A DNA stretch of 64,000 nucleotides from Candidatus Krumholzibacteriia bacterium (GTDB lineage: Bacteria > Krumholzibacteriota > Krumholzibacteriia > JAJRXK01): assembly GCA_035268685.1 (NCBI GenBank), contig DATFKK010000087.1:15717-79716 (forward strand), in the 5' to 3' direction. Shown here piece after piece: positions 1-10,420 of the stretch (its first letter is position 1; each line of letters begins with the position of its first letter). Below the pieces are notes generated by a model that ran no database searches, was not told the origin of the DNA, and saw nothing but the letters and a program-made list of their open reading frames with translations. The position numbers and the translations under genes were made by a program.

Positions 1-16
1 ACGCGCGGTACGAGGA

Positions 17-2884
17 GTGACCGTGCATCTGCTGCAGCTGGACATCCGGGGCTTCGGACGTCTGCGGGGGCGTGTCCAGCTCGATGCCGGTGACGGTGCG
101 ATCGGACTCCTGCTCGAGCGGAACGAAGCCGGCAAGTCGACGCTGGCGGCGGCCCTGCTCGCGGCACTCTACGGTCTCGACGGCGACCGCCGGCGCTTCC
201 GCGGCACGATCACCGACCTCGACCGCTACCGTCCGTGGTCGGAGGGTGCCTACGGGCTCGCACTGACTCTGCGGCACGAGGGCCGGGAGTACACCGTCGA
301 CCGTGACTTCACGCACGGCACGGTGCGCGTGCTGTGCGGTGCCGACGACGTGACCGATCGCTTCCGTCGCGGACACGCGGTGGCCGTGGGGGAGACCTTC
401 ACCGGGCTCCGGCTCGAGCAGTTCACGGCGAGCGTCTTCGTCGGGCAGGGCGATGTCGTCTGGAACGATCCCGAACGCCTGACCGAAGCCCTGCAGCGCG
501 TGGCGGACACACAGTCCGGCCGATCGACGGCGGCGGCTGCGGTCGAGGCACTCGATCGCGCGCTCGACCGCTACGACGGCCTCACGCTGGCACAGCCGGG
601 CAAGGTCGACACCGAGATCCAGCGCTGCGAGGCCGTGATCGCCGAGGCTTCGTCCGAACTCACCGCACTCGAGACGGGTCACGCGGCGCTCGAGGAGCCG
701 CTCGCCGCTCTCGAACGGAGCCGCGCGGCTGCTCTGGAGGACGACCGACGACGACAGCGACTGCGGCTCCGCCGATTGCGCACCGAGCACGCAGCCGTCC
801 GACGCGTGCTCGACGACGACACGGCCGTGGCCGACGAGATCGCGTCGTTGCGTTCCGCTCTCGACACCGCCGCCGAACTCGACACACGGCTGTCCGAGCG
901 CCGTACACGCGTGCAGCAACTGCGGCGCGAGCACGAGCACCGTGCGCACGATCTCGAGCGCGAACACGAGGAGCTCCGCCGCGCCGACGCCGAGATCGAA
1001 GCACAGGAGGCGGCGGTGCGGAACACCGGACTCGCGTACGTGCCTTCCGACGACGAGATCGATCGCCTGCACGACGCCGCGCGCCGGCTCGCCGACGCGG
1101 GCGAGGAGCACGAGACCTACCTGCGGCGTCTCGACGAGGACCGCACGGCGCTCGCTGAGCTCGGTCATGATCTCGACGAGGTCCTGTCGCTGGCGCATGC
1201 CTTCGAAGGTCTGACCGACGCCGACCGCGTGCTCCTGGTGGGCCGCGGCGCCCGGCGCGGTGAACGCGACGCCGCACGGCGTGATCACGACAGCATCCTG
1301 GATCGGGCTGCCCACACGCTCGAAGACGTGGCCCGGGCGCGTTCGCGACGCCGACGTCTGGGGTGGGGTGTGCTCGCCCTGGCCTTCGCGGCGACGGCGG
1401 TCCTGTTCGTCGCCGGTCCCCGGCTTCCGGCACCGCCCGCGGTCCTGCTCGTGGCCGCGGCGTCCCTCGCCGTGGGCGGCGGGGTGATCGGGCTCACTGC
1501 TCCTCGGCACCGTGGGCGCGACGCAACGGTCGCGCGGGCCACGATCGAAGCCGCGTCCGACGCCCGGGAACGACTCGACGCCGAGGAGAGCGAGGAAGAG
1601 CGGCGATGGATCGCCCTGGCCGCTCGTGTCGGCATCGATACCACCGACCTGGCGTCACGCTACGCGACATGGTGTCGTGTCGAGCACTACGCCCGCAGCG
1701 CGTCGGTGCATCGCGCACGCGCCGACGAATGGCGTGCGACGCGGACTCGCGCGCTCGACGCTGCCGGTGGGTTCGAACAGCTGTTCGGCGAGTCCGCCCT
1801 CGAAGTGCGGGTGGAGTCGTGGGTCGATCGTGCCCGGGCCGCACGCGCCGAGAGCGAACGTCTGGACACCGTGCGTCGGCGCGCCGACGCACGCCGGGAG
1901 CAACTGCGGGAGCTGCAGGTGCGGCATCACGAGCACGAAACGGTCCTGCGCGAGGAATGCCGCGCACTCGGTGTCGACGTCGACGGCCGACCACTCGGCC
2001 AGGTGCTGGCGGACTTCGAGACGCTCGTCGAAGACGGGCGTGGGCGGGAGGAGATCCGCGAGCACCGGATCCCCCTGCTCGAACGTCGGCGGCTCGACCC
2101 GGAAGGGCGCCACGCCCACCGGGACCGTCTGCGGGCGATCGAAGCGGAGATCGAGACCCTCGAGCCCGCATTCGTCGACGATGAGGACGCGGAGCGTCCC
2201 CTCGACGCCACCGACTACGAGGAAGCACTGAGCGCGCTCGACGAGAGAGCCCGTCGCAGTCGGTCCGAGGACGAAGTGCGCCGCGACGAGACCCGCAGCT
2301 TCCTCGCCGAATACGAGACGCGCGCGCCCGACCTGCGCGAGCGCATCACCTCGCACGAGCGGGCGCTGCAGCGGGCCCGTGAGCACCGGGCGGCGGTCGA
2401 GCTCGCCCGCGACACCCTCGCTCGTCTCGGGCAGCAGACGCACCGGCTGTGGGCCGCGTCGATCCAGCGGACCACGGGAGACTTCCTCCGCCGGATGGGC
2501 AGTGAGGTCGACGAGGTGCGCTTCGACGAGAACCTGGGCCTGAGGATCCGGCAACACGATCGCGTGTTCACGGGGCACGAGGCGGCGCGTATCCTCTCGG
2601 CGGGAGCGCTCGACGCGGTGTTCCTGGCCGCGCGGTTCGCCGTGGCCCGGTTCCTGGGGGGCGATCGAGACCCTCTACCCCTGGTCCTGGACGATCCGCT
2701 CGCGAACGCCGACGATCGGCGTCTGCTCGACACCTTGCGTCTGCTGATCGAAGCGGTCGCTCCCCAGCAGCAGGTGCTGCTCATGGCCTGCCAGCGCTCG
2801 CGTTACGAATGGGCGGCGTCGCGACTCGAGCGACCCGATTCCCTGCGCGCGCTCGAACTCTCCACCGACGGCGTTCCACGCTGA
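17..2884 (+). CDS. SMC/Rad50-like AAA ATPase (YhaN-type, coiled-coil)
   Basis: N-terminal Walker A motif ERNEAGKSTLAAALLAALYG. Long R/E/A/L-rich coiled-coil middle. C-terminal Walker B/D-loop LVLDDPLANADDRRLLDTL. GAGGAG Shine-Dalgarno before GTG at 17. Upstream partner, if any, is cut off by the window edge. Confidence 0.6.
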   Translation: MTVHLLQLDIRGFGRLRGRVQLDAGDGAIGLLLERNEAGKSTLAAALLAALYGLDGDRRRFRGTITDLDRYRPWSEGAYGLALTLRHEGREYTVDRDFTHGTVRVLCGADDVTDRFRRGHAVAVGETFTGLRLEQFTASVFVGQGDVVWNDPERLTEALQRVADTQSGRSTAAAAVEALDRALDRYDGLTLAQPGKVDTEIQRCEAVIAEASSELTALETGHAALEEPLAALERSRAAALEDDRRRQRLRLRRLRTEHAAVRRVLDDDTAVADEIASLRSALDTAAELDTRLSERRTRVQQLRREHEHRAHDLEREHEELRRADAEIEAQEAAVRNTGLAYVPSDDEIDRLHDAARRLADAGEEHETYLRRLDEDRTALAELGHDLDEVLSLAHAFEGLTDADRVLLVGRGARRGERDAARRDHDSILDRAAHTLEDVARARSRRRRLGWGVLALAFAATAVLFVAGPRLPAPPAVLLVAAASLAVGGGVIGLTAPRHRGRDATVARATIEAASDARERLDAEESEEERRWIALAARVGIDTTDLASRYATWCRVEHYARSASVHRARADEWRATRTRALDAAGGFEQLFGESALEVRVESWVDRARAARAESERLDTVRRRADARREQLRELQVRHHEHETVLREECRALGVDVDGRPLGQVLADFETLVEDGRGREEIREHRIPLLERRRLDPEGRHAHRDRLRAIEAEIETLEPAFVDDEDAERPLDATDYEEALSALDERARRSRSEDEVRRDETRSFLAEYETRAPDLRERITSHERALQRAREHRAAVELARDTLARLGQQTHRLWAASIQRTTGDFLRRMGSEVDEVRFDENLGLRIRQHDRVFTGHEAARILSAGALDAVFLAARFAVARFLGGDRDPLPLVLDDPLANADDRRLLDTLRLLIEAVAPQQQVLLMACQRSRYEWAASRLERPDSLRALELSTDGVPR

Positions 2885-2917
2885 GCCGGTGTGCCCCGCG
2901 ATCCCGGAGGTCGTTCC

Positions 2918-4216
2918 GTGTCTCTTCTCGTCTCCCATTCCAGTGAACACCTCGGCCGCCTCCACGACGATTCTGCCCGGATCGTCGCCGATCCCGCCGT
3001 CCTGGAGGCCGCACGGAGCATCCGCGAGCGTCGTGGTCTCGGTCACGACATGCTCGGGTGGCTCGATCTGCCTTCTCGCCGCGACGACCTGCCACGCCTG
3101 ACGGACACCGCGGCGCGTCTGCGCGAGGAGATCGACACGCTCGTCGTGATCGGCATCGGTGGCAGCTACCTCGGAGCGCGCGCCGTGCTCGAGGCCACGG
3201 CATGGCGCCGCACCGACGACCCCGGTCCGCGCGTGTTCTTCGCCGGCCACCATCTCGAGGCGCACGAACTCGGGGCCCTGCTGCGAGCACTCGAGGGCCG
3301 CGAGGTCGCGGTGAACGTCATCAGCAAGAGCGGGACGACCACCGAGCCGGCCATCGCCTTCCGGCTCCTGCGCAAGTACCTCGAAGACACCTACGGCCCG
3401 GAGAAGGCCGCACGCCGGATCGTGGCCACCACCGACGCCGATCGCGGAGCCCTGCGCACCCTGGCCGAGCAGAAGGACTACACGACCTTCGCCGTTCCCG
3501 ACGACGTCGGCGGGCGCTTCTCGGTGCTGTCGCCGGTGGGGCTGGTGCCGCTCGCGGTGGCCGGATGTGACGTCGAGGCGTTGCTCGACGGCGCGGGAGC
3601 GGAGCTCGTCCGCTGCCTCGAGGGCGACGCCACCGACGTCCCGGCGGTGCGCTACGCCGCGCTGCGTCACGCGGCCTACCTGCAGGGCACGGCGATCGAG
3701 GTCCTGGCGTCGTTCTTCCCCTCGCTCCACCAGGTGTCCGAGTGGTGGAAGCAGCTGTTCGGCGAGAGCGAGGGCAAGCAGGGCCGGGGTCTCTTCCCCG
3801 CGTCGGTCGACTACACCACCGACCTCCATTCCATGGGCCAGTACCTGCAGGACGGTCGACGTCTGTTGCTCGAGACCTTCCTCGACGTGGCCGATCCGCC
3901 CGCGGGCCCGGTGATCCCCAGCGACAGCGACGACCTCGACGGTCTGGAGTACCTGGCGGGTCGCGGTGTGGCCGAGGTGAATCGTGAGGCACTGCCCGCG
4001 GTGGCCGAAGCGCACGCGAGCGGCGGCGTGCCCTCGCAGGTGGTGACGCTTCCCGACCTCGGGGAGTCGAGCCTCGGAAGCCTGCTGGCCTTCTTCGAGT
4101 TCTCGGTCGCGGTGAGCGGGCGTCTGCTCGGTGTGCACCCCTTCGACCAGCCCGGCGTGGAAGCCTACAAGACGAACCTCTTCCGCCGCCTGGGCAAGCC
4201 CGGTTTCGCGGACTGA
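2918..4216 (+). CDS. pgi: glucose-6-phosphate isomerase
   Basis: PGI motifs IGIGGSYLGARAV, SKSGTTTEP, GGRFSVLSPVGL, GESEGKQ. GGAGG Shine-Dalgarno 7 nt before in-frame GTG at 2918 (alternative GTG at 2891). Confidence 0.85.
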   Translation: MSLLVSHSSEHLGRLHDDSARIVADPAVLEAARSIRERRGLGHDMLGWLDLPSRRDDLPRLTDTAARLREEIDTLVVIGIGGSYLGARAVLEATAWRRTDDPGPRVFFAGHHLEAHELGALLRALEGREVAVNVISKSGTTTEPAIAFRLLRKYLEDTYGPEKAARRIVATTDADRGALRTLAEQKDYTTFAVPDDVGGRFSVLSPVGLVPLAVAGCDVEALLDGAGAELVRCLEGDATDVPAVRYAALRHAAYLQGTAIEVLASFFPSLHQVSEWWKQLFGESEGKQGRGLFPASVDYTTDLHSMGQYLQDGRRLLLETFLDVADPPAGPVIPSDSDDLDGLEYLAGRGVAEVNREALPAVAEAHASGGVPSQVVTLPDLGESSLGSLLAFFEFSVAVSGRLLGVHPFDQPGVEAYKTNLFRRLGKPGFAD

Positions 4217-4263
4217 CGCTCCGGCCGGTTGGCCGGGATCCTGCCTGGGGAACGATCGATTCC

Positions 4264-6750
4264 GTGGTCCGCCACGGGAGGTCTTCGCTCCGTCACCGCC
4301 CGGGACCGCTTCCGGGCGGTGAGGGTGTCCGGTTCTGCAAACCGCTGGCAGGGAAACACTTGGCTCCAGAGATCCCTCAGGTGGACAACTCGACGGCGTC
4401 GCCCGCGGCGCGGCGGGTGCGGCCGGTCCGGCTCGGCGGAATCTGCCTCGCCGCCCTGTGGAGTCTGCCGGCCGTGATCGCCGTGCGGAGCGGATCGACG
4501 CCGGATCCCGCTCTGTTGGCCGTCGCCGGCGTGGCGTCGCTCGTCGTGGCGGGTCTCGCGCTCGGCTGGAAGCGGTCCGCGGAGACGGGCCGCGCCGCCG
4601 AGTTCCGCGTGGCCGCCCTCTCCCGTGAACTCGCCGCGGCCCGCGATGCGGCGCGGCTGTCCGACGAGCGCCTGGCCGAACGCAGTCAGGAGCTTTCGAC
4701 CGAACTCCTCCGGGCCCGCCGGGAGCTCGAACGCTTCGAGCGGCAGGACCGTCGCAAGACCGACCTGCTCGGATCCTTCGGAGACTCGGTCCGCACCCCG
4801 ATGCACCGTCTGTTGACCGCGGTCGACGCCATGATCGCCGAGGAGGACGACGAAACCCGCGCCGAAGGTCTGTCGGAGCTGCGACGTCAGGCCGTGACAC
4901 TGCTCGGCTTCTCAGACGACGTCATCGACTTCTCCGAGATCGAGGCCGACCGCCTTTCGCTGCGCGAGGAATCCTTCGCCGTGCGCGATCTCGTGGAAGA
5001 GGCCCTGGACTGCTTCGGCGGGAGCCACGACCGCTGCCACGAGTCGTCCTACGTCCTCGATCCGGATCTGCCCGAGACGCTGCGCGCCGATCCGAACCGT
5101 GTGCGCCAGGTACTGTGTCGGTTGCTCGTCCGGGCGGCATCGTGCACCGACGAGGACGAGCTGCACGTCCGGGTCGAGCCCGTCGATTCCGCGGACGGTT
5201 CGCGTCGAGTACGCTTCGCCGTCTTCCCTCCGTCCGTGGACGGAGCTTCGGAGGACTTCGACACCGAGGCCGGGTCGAGGGAACCGGAGGACGGCGTTCC
5301 GACCGGAGCCGGACTCGGAGTCGCGATCTCCCGCCGTCTCGTCGAGCGGATGGGTGGCAGCCTGGGTTCGGGGCCCGACACCCACGACGGCTTCCCCTTC
5401 TGGTTCACGATCGGCCTGCGGCCGGGCGATGCGGTGAAGACCAGGCGCGTCGAGAAGGAACTCAGCGGTGCGCGGGTGCTGGTGATCAGCGCGTCGAGCC
5501 ACGTGCGTCTCATGTTGATCCAGCAGACACGGCAGTGGAAGTGCGTACCTTCGGCGTCGGCGGACGGCCCGAGTGCGCTGGCCGCGTTGCGAGCGGCGGC
5601 GACGGCCGGAGATCCGTTCCGGGCCGTCGTCCTCGACGTCGACCTCCCGGGAGCATCGGGCGTGCAGCTCGCCGAGAGCGTGCGGGCCGACAGCACCTTC
5701 GGTGGACCGGCGGTCCTGATCATGGCGTCCGGGAGCGACGGGGCGGCGCGCGCCGAGATCGACGCCGCCGGACTTCCGAGGCCGATTCCCAAGCCTGTGC
5801 GTCACGAAGTCCTGCGGGAACAATTGCTGCGGGTGTTGCGGCAGCGGAGTGCACACCCGGCGCCGAGCCACGTCGACGACGCCGTCGAGCGCATCGCTCC
5901 GGCGGTGCAGGCCGCGGCGGCGGACGCCGCGTCGGACTCCGACGACCGTGCATGCACGCGGGACGGGCGGATCCTGGTGGTCGACGACAATCCCGTGAAT
6001 CGCCGCGTGGCCACGCTGATCCTGCAGCGGGCCGGCTACACGCCCGAGATCGCCGAAGACGGCCAGATCGCGGTCGAGAAGATCGAAGCCGAAGAGACCT
6101 TCGATCTGATCCTCATGGACGTGCACATGCCGCGGCTGAACGGCTTCGAAGCCACGGCCCGCATCCGCGCGCTCGACGACGATCGCAAGGTGACGCCGAT
6201 CGTGGCCATGACCGCCAGCGCCATGTCGGGCGACGCGGAACGATGCCTGGAGGCAGGGATGGACGGTTACGTCAGCAAGCCGGTCAAGGCCGATGCCCTG
6301 GTCGCGGTCGTCGAGAGCTGGATTCCCGACACCGATCCCGACGACGAGGTCGTCGACGCGCCCGTGAGCGCGAAGTCGAAGGACCCTCTGGACGACGAGG
6401 TCACGCTCGAACCGGGGGGCCTCGACGAACTGGTGTCCCTGGCCGGCGACGACACGTCGATGCTCGACGAGCTCGTGCAGACCTTCTTCGAGACGGCAGC
6501 GGAGCACCTCGAGACCATGCGGACGTCGTACGCGGACGGCGATCTGCGTCGGGTGGCCGAGTCGGCCCACGCTCTACGCGGAAGCGCGGGAACTCTCGGT
6601 GCGCGTCGACTGCACGGGATGAGCGGTCGGCTGGAGGATCGCGCGCGCGAATCCGGAGCGATGGTCGACGTCGGGGAACTCGACGCGATCGAGGCCGAGA
6701 TCACGTCCGTACGCGCGGCGATCGAGCGACGCCTGGGCGCGCAGTCCTGA
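4264..6750 (+). CDS. hybrid sensor histidine kinase/response regulator (HisKA-HATPase-REC-REC-Hpt)
   Basis: N-terminal TM segment. HisKA region GDSVRTPMHRLL. HATPase_c region. Two receiver domains (ILVVDDNPVNR...LMDVHMP...YVSKP). C-terminal Hpt (HALRGSAGTLGA). Start codon uncertain (GTG 4264 or a downstream GTG/TTG). Confidence 0.8.
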   Translation: MVRHGRSSLRHRPGPLPGGEGVRFCKPLAGKHLAPEIPQVDNSTASPAARRVRPVRLGGICLAALWSLPAVIAVRSGSTPDPALLAVAGVASLVVAGLALGWKRSAETGRAAEFRVAALSRELAAARDAARLSDERLAERSQELSTELLRARRELERFERQDRRKTDLLGSFGDSVRTPMHRLLTAVDAMIAEEDDETRAEGLSELRRQAVTLLGFSDDVIDFSEIEADRLSLREESFAVRDLVEEALDCFGGSHDRCHESSYVLDPDLPETLRADPNRVRQVLCRLLVRAASCTDEDELHVRVEPVDSADGSRRVRFAVFPPSVDGASEDFDTEAGSREPEDGVPTGAGLGVAISRRLVERMGGSLGSGPDTHDGFPFWFTIGLRPGDAVKTRRVEKELSGARVLVISASSHVRLMLIQQTRQWKCVPSASADGPSALAALRAAATAGDPFRAVVLDVDLPGASGVQLAESVRADSTFGGPAVLIMASGSDGAARAEIDAAGLPRPIPKPVRHEVLREQLLRVLRQRSAHPAPSHVDDAVERIAPAVQAAAADAASDSDDRACTRDGRILVVDDNPVNRRVATLILQRAGYTPEIAEDGQIAVEKIEAEETFDLILMDVHMPRLNGFEATARIRALDDDRKVTPIVAMTASAMSGDAERCLEAGMDGYVSKPVKADALVAVVESWIPDTDPDDEVVDAPVSAKSKDPLDDEVTLEPGGLDELVSLAGDDTSMLDELVQTFFETAAEHLETMRTSYADGDLRRVAESAHALRGSAGTLGARRLHGMSGRLEDRARESGAMVDVGELDAIEAEITSVRAAIERRLGAQS

Positions 6751-7642
6751 TCCTTTCGTCGTCGGACGTCGTCTCGTGGACTCCGCCGAGCGCAGCGGGG
6801 ACCAGACCGGCCACCCACACCGCCGCCACGAAGTAGAGAGCGAAGAGGGTCGTCGGCGTGAAGCCGTCGCCGGGTTCGGCGATCCATCGCACCGCCGCGA
6901 CGCCGGCCACGGCCAGAACGACGCGGGGGACAGCCAGCGCCACGGAAGTTCGCTCGGTCCGCCGCTTCCACCCGGCACCCGCGATCGCACCGACCCCGAC
7001 TCCGGCTCCGACTCCCAGCACCACGGCCGTCACTTCGAGGCCTGTCGCCAGGTGTGCCGCCAGTGCCGCGAGCAACCACAGTCCTGCGCGCTCGACCCGC
7101 GGCAGCCGGGCCAGCGAGTCCCCCCATGCACGTTCACCCCACACGAGCAGCACCAGCAGCACCGCTCCGATCAGCGCTCCGCCGCCGACGTCGATCAGGT
7201 CGTGGCGCACCAGGGCCAGCCGGCTGAAGGCGATCGCGGCGACGAGTACGGCGCAGGCCGCGCGCAGCCACGGCGAGCGCGCGTTGGCCGCCACCGAGCC
7301 CCACAGGACCACGGCCATGAGCGTGTGTCCGCTCGGGAAGGCGTGGCTGGCGTAGGCGCCGGGATCCTCGAGGCCGGCGGGCAGGCCGAACTCCAGGGGA
7401 TCGATCCGGGGTCGCCCGATCGCGGCCTTCAGGGCTTCGCTCGTGGTTGCCGATGCGGCGAAGGCCAGTCCCAGCCGTAGCGCCCAGCGCATGGGCGCGA
7501 TCGCGAAGAGCACCGGAAGTGCCACCGCGAAGAAGTCGGCCGAGCCCAGGAAGGCGATCGCCCGCCACAGCTCGTGCCACACCGGATCGGCGGCGCGCGC
7601 CGCGAGGAGGGCGAGGAGCTGCCGGCCGGCGAGTTCTTCCAT
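6701..7642 (-). CDS. PAP2 family phosphatase (membrane)
   Basis: PAP2 signature KAAIGRPRP ... PSGHT ... SRLALVRHDLIDVGGGALIG. Multiple TM helices. 3' end overlaps the convergent kinase gene by ~50 nt. Confidence 0.7.
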   Translation of the reverse strand: MEELAGRQLLALLAARAADPVWHELWRAIAFLGSADFFAVALPVLFAIAPMRWALRLGLAFAASATTSEALKAAIGRPRIDPLEFGLPAGLEDPGAYASHAFPSGHTLMAVVLWGSVAANARSPWLRAACAVLVAAIAFSRLALVRHDLIDVGGGALIGAVLLVLLVWGERAWGDSLARLPRVERAGLWLLAALAAHLATGLEVTAVVLGVGAGVGVGAIAGAGWKRRTERTSVALAVPRVVLAVAGVAAVRWIAEPGDGFTPTTLFALYFVAAVWVAGLVPAALGGVHETTSDDERIRTARPGVARSPRVRT

Positions 7643-7763
7643 GTCGCGTGTCCCTGTCGTGCCGGCTGCGGAGGGCGCAACCGGTCCTTGCCCGCCACTC
7701 GAAGAGCGTTCACGCTACCCTTTCGTTCCCGACTCGGCCACCCGGACCCGCGTGGAGATCCCC

Positions 7764-9494
7764 ATGACCGACGACCTCCGTGAACTCGAAGCCATGGCCC
7801 GCCGATGGATGGACGACGACCCCGACCCCGCCACGCGTGAAGAGACCGCCCGCATGCTCGACGCGGGCGACACCGACGCGCTGCGCGAAGCCTTCGGAGC
7901 GCGCCTGGAGTTCGGGACCGCCGGCCTGCGCGGCGTGATCGGACCCGGTCCGAACCGCATGAACCGGGCACTCGTCCGGCGTGTGACCGCCGGTCTCGCC
8001 GACCATCTTCTCGCCCGGCAATCGCGGGCCCGCGAGATGGGTGTGGTGGTGGGCGGCGACGCACGCCGGCTCTCGCCCGAACTGGCCGAGGACACCGCGC
8101 GTGTTCTCGTGGGCAAGGGAATCCGTGTGCACTTCTTCGAGGACTTCGTGCCCACGCCTGTGCTCGCCTACGCCGTCCGCCGGTTGGGAGCGGCGGCCGG
8201 TGTGATCGTGACGGCCAGCCACAATCCGCCGGAGTACAACGGCTACAAGGTCTACTGGGACAACGCGGCGCAGATCGTTCCACCCCACGACCGTGGGATC
8301 AGCGCGGCGATCGATCGCGTCGACTCGGTGGCCGACCTCGCCATGCCCACGCTCGACGGAGCCCGGGAGCAGGACCTGCTGAGGACGGTGGGCGAGTCGG
8401 TGCTGGAGGACTACTACGCGGAACTGCTCGCCCAGCGGCGGCACCCGGACGTGCCGAAGGAGATCCGGGTGGTCTACACGGCCATGCACGGCGTCGGCGG
8501 CCGCTTCGTGACCGAGGTGTTGCACCGCGCGGGCTACGCGAACGTCCATCCCGAAGCCGCGCAGTACCAGCCCGACGGGGAGTTCCCCACGGTCCGCTTC
8601 CCGAATCCCGAGGAGGACGGGGCCATGGACCTGTCCATGGCGCTCGCGCGCGAACACGGCGCCGACGTGGTGCTGGCCAACGATCCCGATGCCGATCGTC
8701 TGGCCGTGGGGGTCCCGACGGGAGGGGGGGACTACCGTCTCCTGACCGGCAACGAGATCGGATGCCTGCTCGCCTACTACCTGCTCACCGAGAATCCTCC
8801 CGCGGAGTCCGATCCGCTGGTGATGACCACCATCGTGAGCTCTCGCATGTTGCAGGCCATGGCCCACGAACTCGGAGCGCACTACGACGAGACGCTCACC
8901 GGCTTCAAGTGGATCGCCAACGTCTCGCAGCGGCATGCGCGCGAGCGGGGTTGGCACTTCGTCATGGGGTACGAAGAGGCGCTCGGCTACACGGTCGGCC
9001 CGGTCGTCCCCGACAAGGACGGGGTGGGTGCGGCCTTGATCTTCACCGAGATCGCCGCCGTTTGTCGCAGCCGCGGCCTGACCCTCGTCGAGTACCTCGA
9101 ACAGATGGTCCGGCGTTTCGGGTCGTACGTCAGCCATCAGCACAGCCTGACGTTGCCCGGGCAGGAGGGTGCAGCGAAGATCGCGGCGATCATGGACGCC
9201 TTCCGGGCCGAGGCTCCGGATCGCATCGGCGAGCACGCGGTGGTCCGGGTCGTCGACTACGCGGACGGCCACGAGGAACTGCCGCCGTCCAACGTGCTGG
9301 CCTTCGACCTCGAGGGCGGGGGGCAGGTCCTGCTGCGGCCCAGTGGTACCGAACCCAAGATCAAGTACTACTTCGAACTCTCCGAGCAACCGGACGAGGA
9401 CGAGGAGGTCGCACGGGCTCGGGAGCGTGCGACGCGCCGTCTCGACGCTCTGGTGCAGGCCTTCCTGGCGCTCGCGGAGGAGCGGGTGCGATGA
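7764..9494 (+). CDS. phosphoglucomutase/phosphomannomutase family phospho-sugar mutase
   Basis: Active-site TASHNPPEYNGYKV. Metal-binding DPDADRLAV. ATG at 7764 (MTDDLRELEA); the longer ORF-track start at 7443 has an implausible N-terminus. Confidence 0.8.
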   Translation: MTDDLRELEAMARRWMDDDPDPATREETARMLDAGDTDALREAFGARLEFGTAGLRGVIGPGPNRMNRALVRRVTAGLADHLLARQSRAREMGVVVGGDARRLSPELAEDTARVLVGKGIRVHFFEDFVPTPVLAYAVRRLGAAAGVIVTASHNPPEYNGYKVYWDNAAQIVPPHDRGISAAIDRVDSVADLAMPTLDGAREQDLLRTVGESVLEDYYAELLAQRRHPDVPKEIRVVYTAMHGVGGRFVTEVLHRAGYANVHPEAAQYQPDGEFPTVRFPNPEEDGAMDLSMALAREHGADVVLANDPDADRLAVGVPTGGGDYRLLTGNEIGCLLAYYLLTENPPAESDPLVMTTIVSSRMLQAMAHELGAHYDETLTGFKWIANVSQRHARERGWHFVMGYEEALGYTVGPVVPDKDGVGAALIFTEIAAVCRSRGLTLVEYLEQMVRRFGSYVSHQHSLTLPGQEGAAKIAAIMDAFRAEAPDRIGEHAVVRVVDYADGHEELPPSNVLAFDLEGGGQVLLRPSGTEPKIKYYFELSEQPDEDEEVARARERATRRLDALVQAFLALAEERVR

Positions 9495-10420
9495 ACGATG
9501 CATCGTCGTCCGCGGGAACCGATCCGGCCACCGCTCCGCACTTCCTCGACGCCGAGCCCTCGACCCTGGAAGAGGCCGATGCCGCGGTGCTCTCGGTTCC
9601 CTACGAGGGTACGGTCAGCTTCGGCACCGGTACGGCGCGGGGTCCGGCAGCCGTGATCGGAGCGGGTCCCCACCTCGAAACCTTCGACGAGGAACTCGAG
9701 TGGGAATCCGACGGAGCGCTGAAGGTGGTCACGCTCCGGCCGATCGAGCCCGCGAGGGGCGAGCGCCCCGAGAGTTTCATGGGCCGGCTCAAGAACGCGT
9801 GCATGGGCTTCGGACTGGGGCCTCCGTTCCCGTTGACCTTCGGGGGCGAGCACTCGATCACTCCGGCCGTGCTCGACGGGATCCGAGACGACCTCTCCGA
9901 CGTCACGGTCGTCCAGATCGACGCCCACGCCGACCTGCGCGACAGCTATCACGGAAGCCGGAACAACCACGCCTGCGCCATGCGCCGGGTGCTCGATCTG
10001 GGCGTGAGGCGATTGATCGCGGTGGGAATCCGTAGCTGCACGGCCGAGGAGTTCGCGATGGCTCGCGACGACGGTCGCATCGACACGCTCTATGCGCACC
10101 AGATGCACGACGCGTCGCGTTGGCAGCACCTGCTCGACGATCTACGGGCTCTGGACGGGCCCGTCTACCTGACCGTCGACATCGACGGGCTCGACTGCAC
10201 GCTCTGCCCGGGCACCGGCACCCCGCAGCCCGGTGGCCTGAGCTGGGAACAGGCGCTCGACGTGGTACGTGCCACCGTGCGGGAGAGCAATGCCGAGGTC
10301 TTCGGGGCCGACGTGGTCGAGGTGGCGCCCATGGGGCAGAGCCAGGTGAACGAGATGGTCGCCGCCAAGCTCGGATTCAAGATCCTGGCGTACCGTTTCG
10401 CGCCCGGCCGGGGGCGTTGA
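9491..10420 (+). CDS. speB: agmatinase (ureohydrolase family)
   Basis: Arginase/agmatinase motifs GGEHSIT, IDAHADLRD, DIDGLD, PGTGTPQPGGLS. Start overlaps the upstream stop (ATGA). The track ORF 8762..10420 is over-extended. Confidence 0.8.
   Translation: MNDASSSAGTDPATAPHFLDAEPSTLEEADAAVLSVPYEGTVSFGTGTARGPAAVIGAGPHLETFDEELEWESDGALKVVTLRPIEPARGERPESFMGRLKNACMGFGLGPPFPLTFGGEHSITPAVLDGIRDDLSDVTVVQIDAHADLRDSYHGSRNNHACAMRRVLDLGVRRLIAVGIRSCTAEEFAMARDDGRIDTLYAHQMHDASRWQHLLDDLRALDGPVYLTVDIDGLDCTLCPGTGTPQPGGLSWEQALDVVRATVRESNAEVFGADVVEVAPMGQSQVNEMVAAKLGFKILAYRFAPGRGR

Noticed and set aside
2675-4900. 741-aa minus-strand ORF spanning pgi and the kinase start (also similar long ORFs 4912..6570-, 28019..31591+, 45773..50500+, 47814..51395-, 55370..57826+)
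   Set aside because: These run antisense to well-supported genes and have Arg/Pro/Gly/Ala-rich low-complexity translations. They are typical stop-codon-poor frames in 70% GC DNA.
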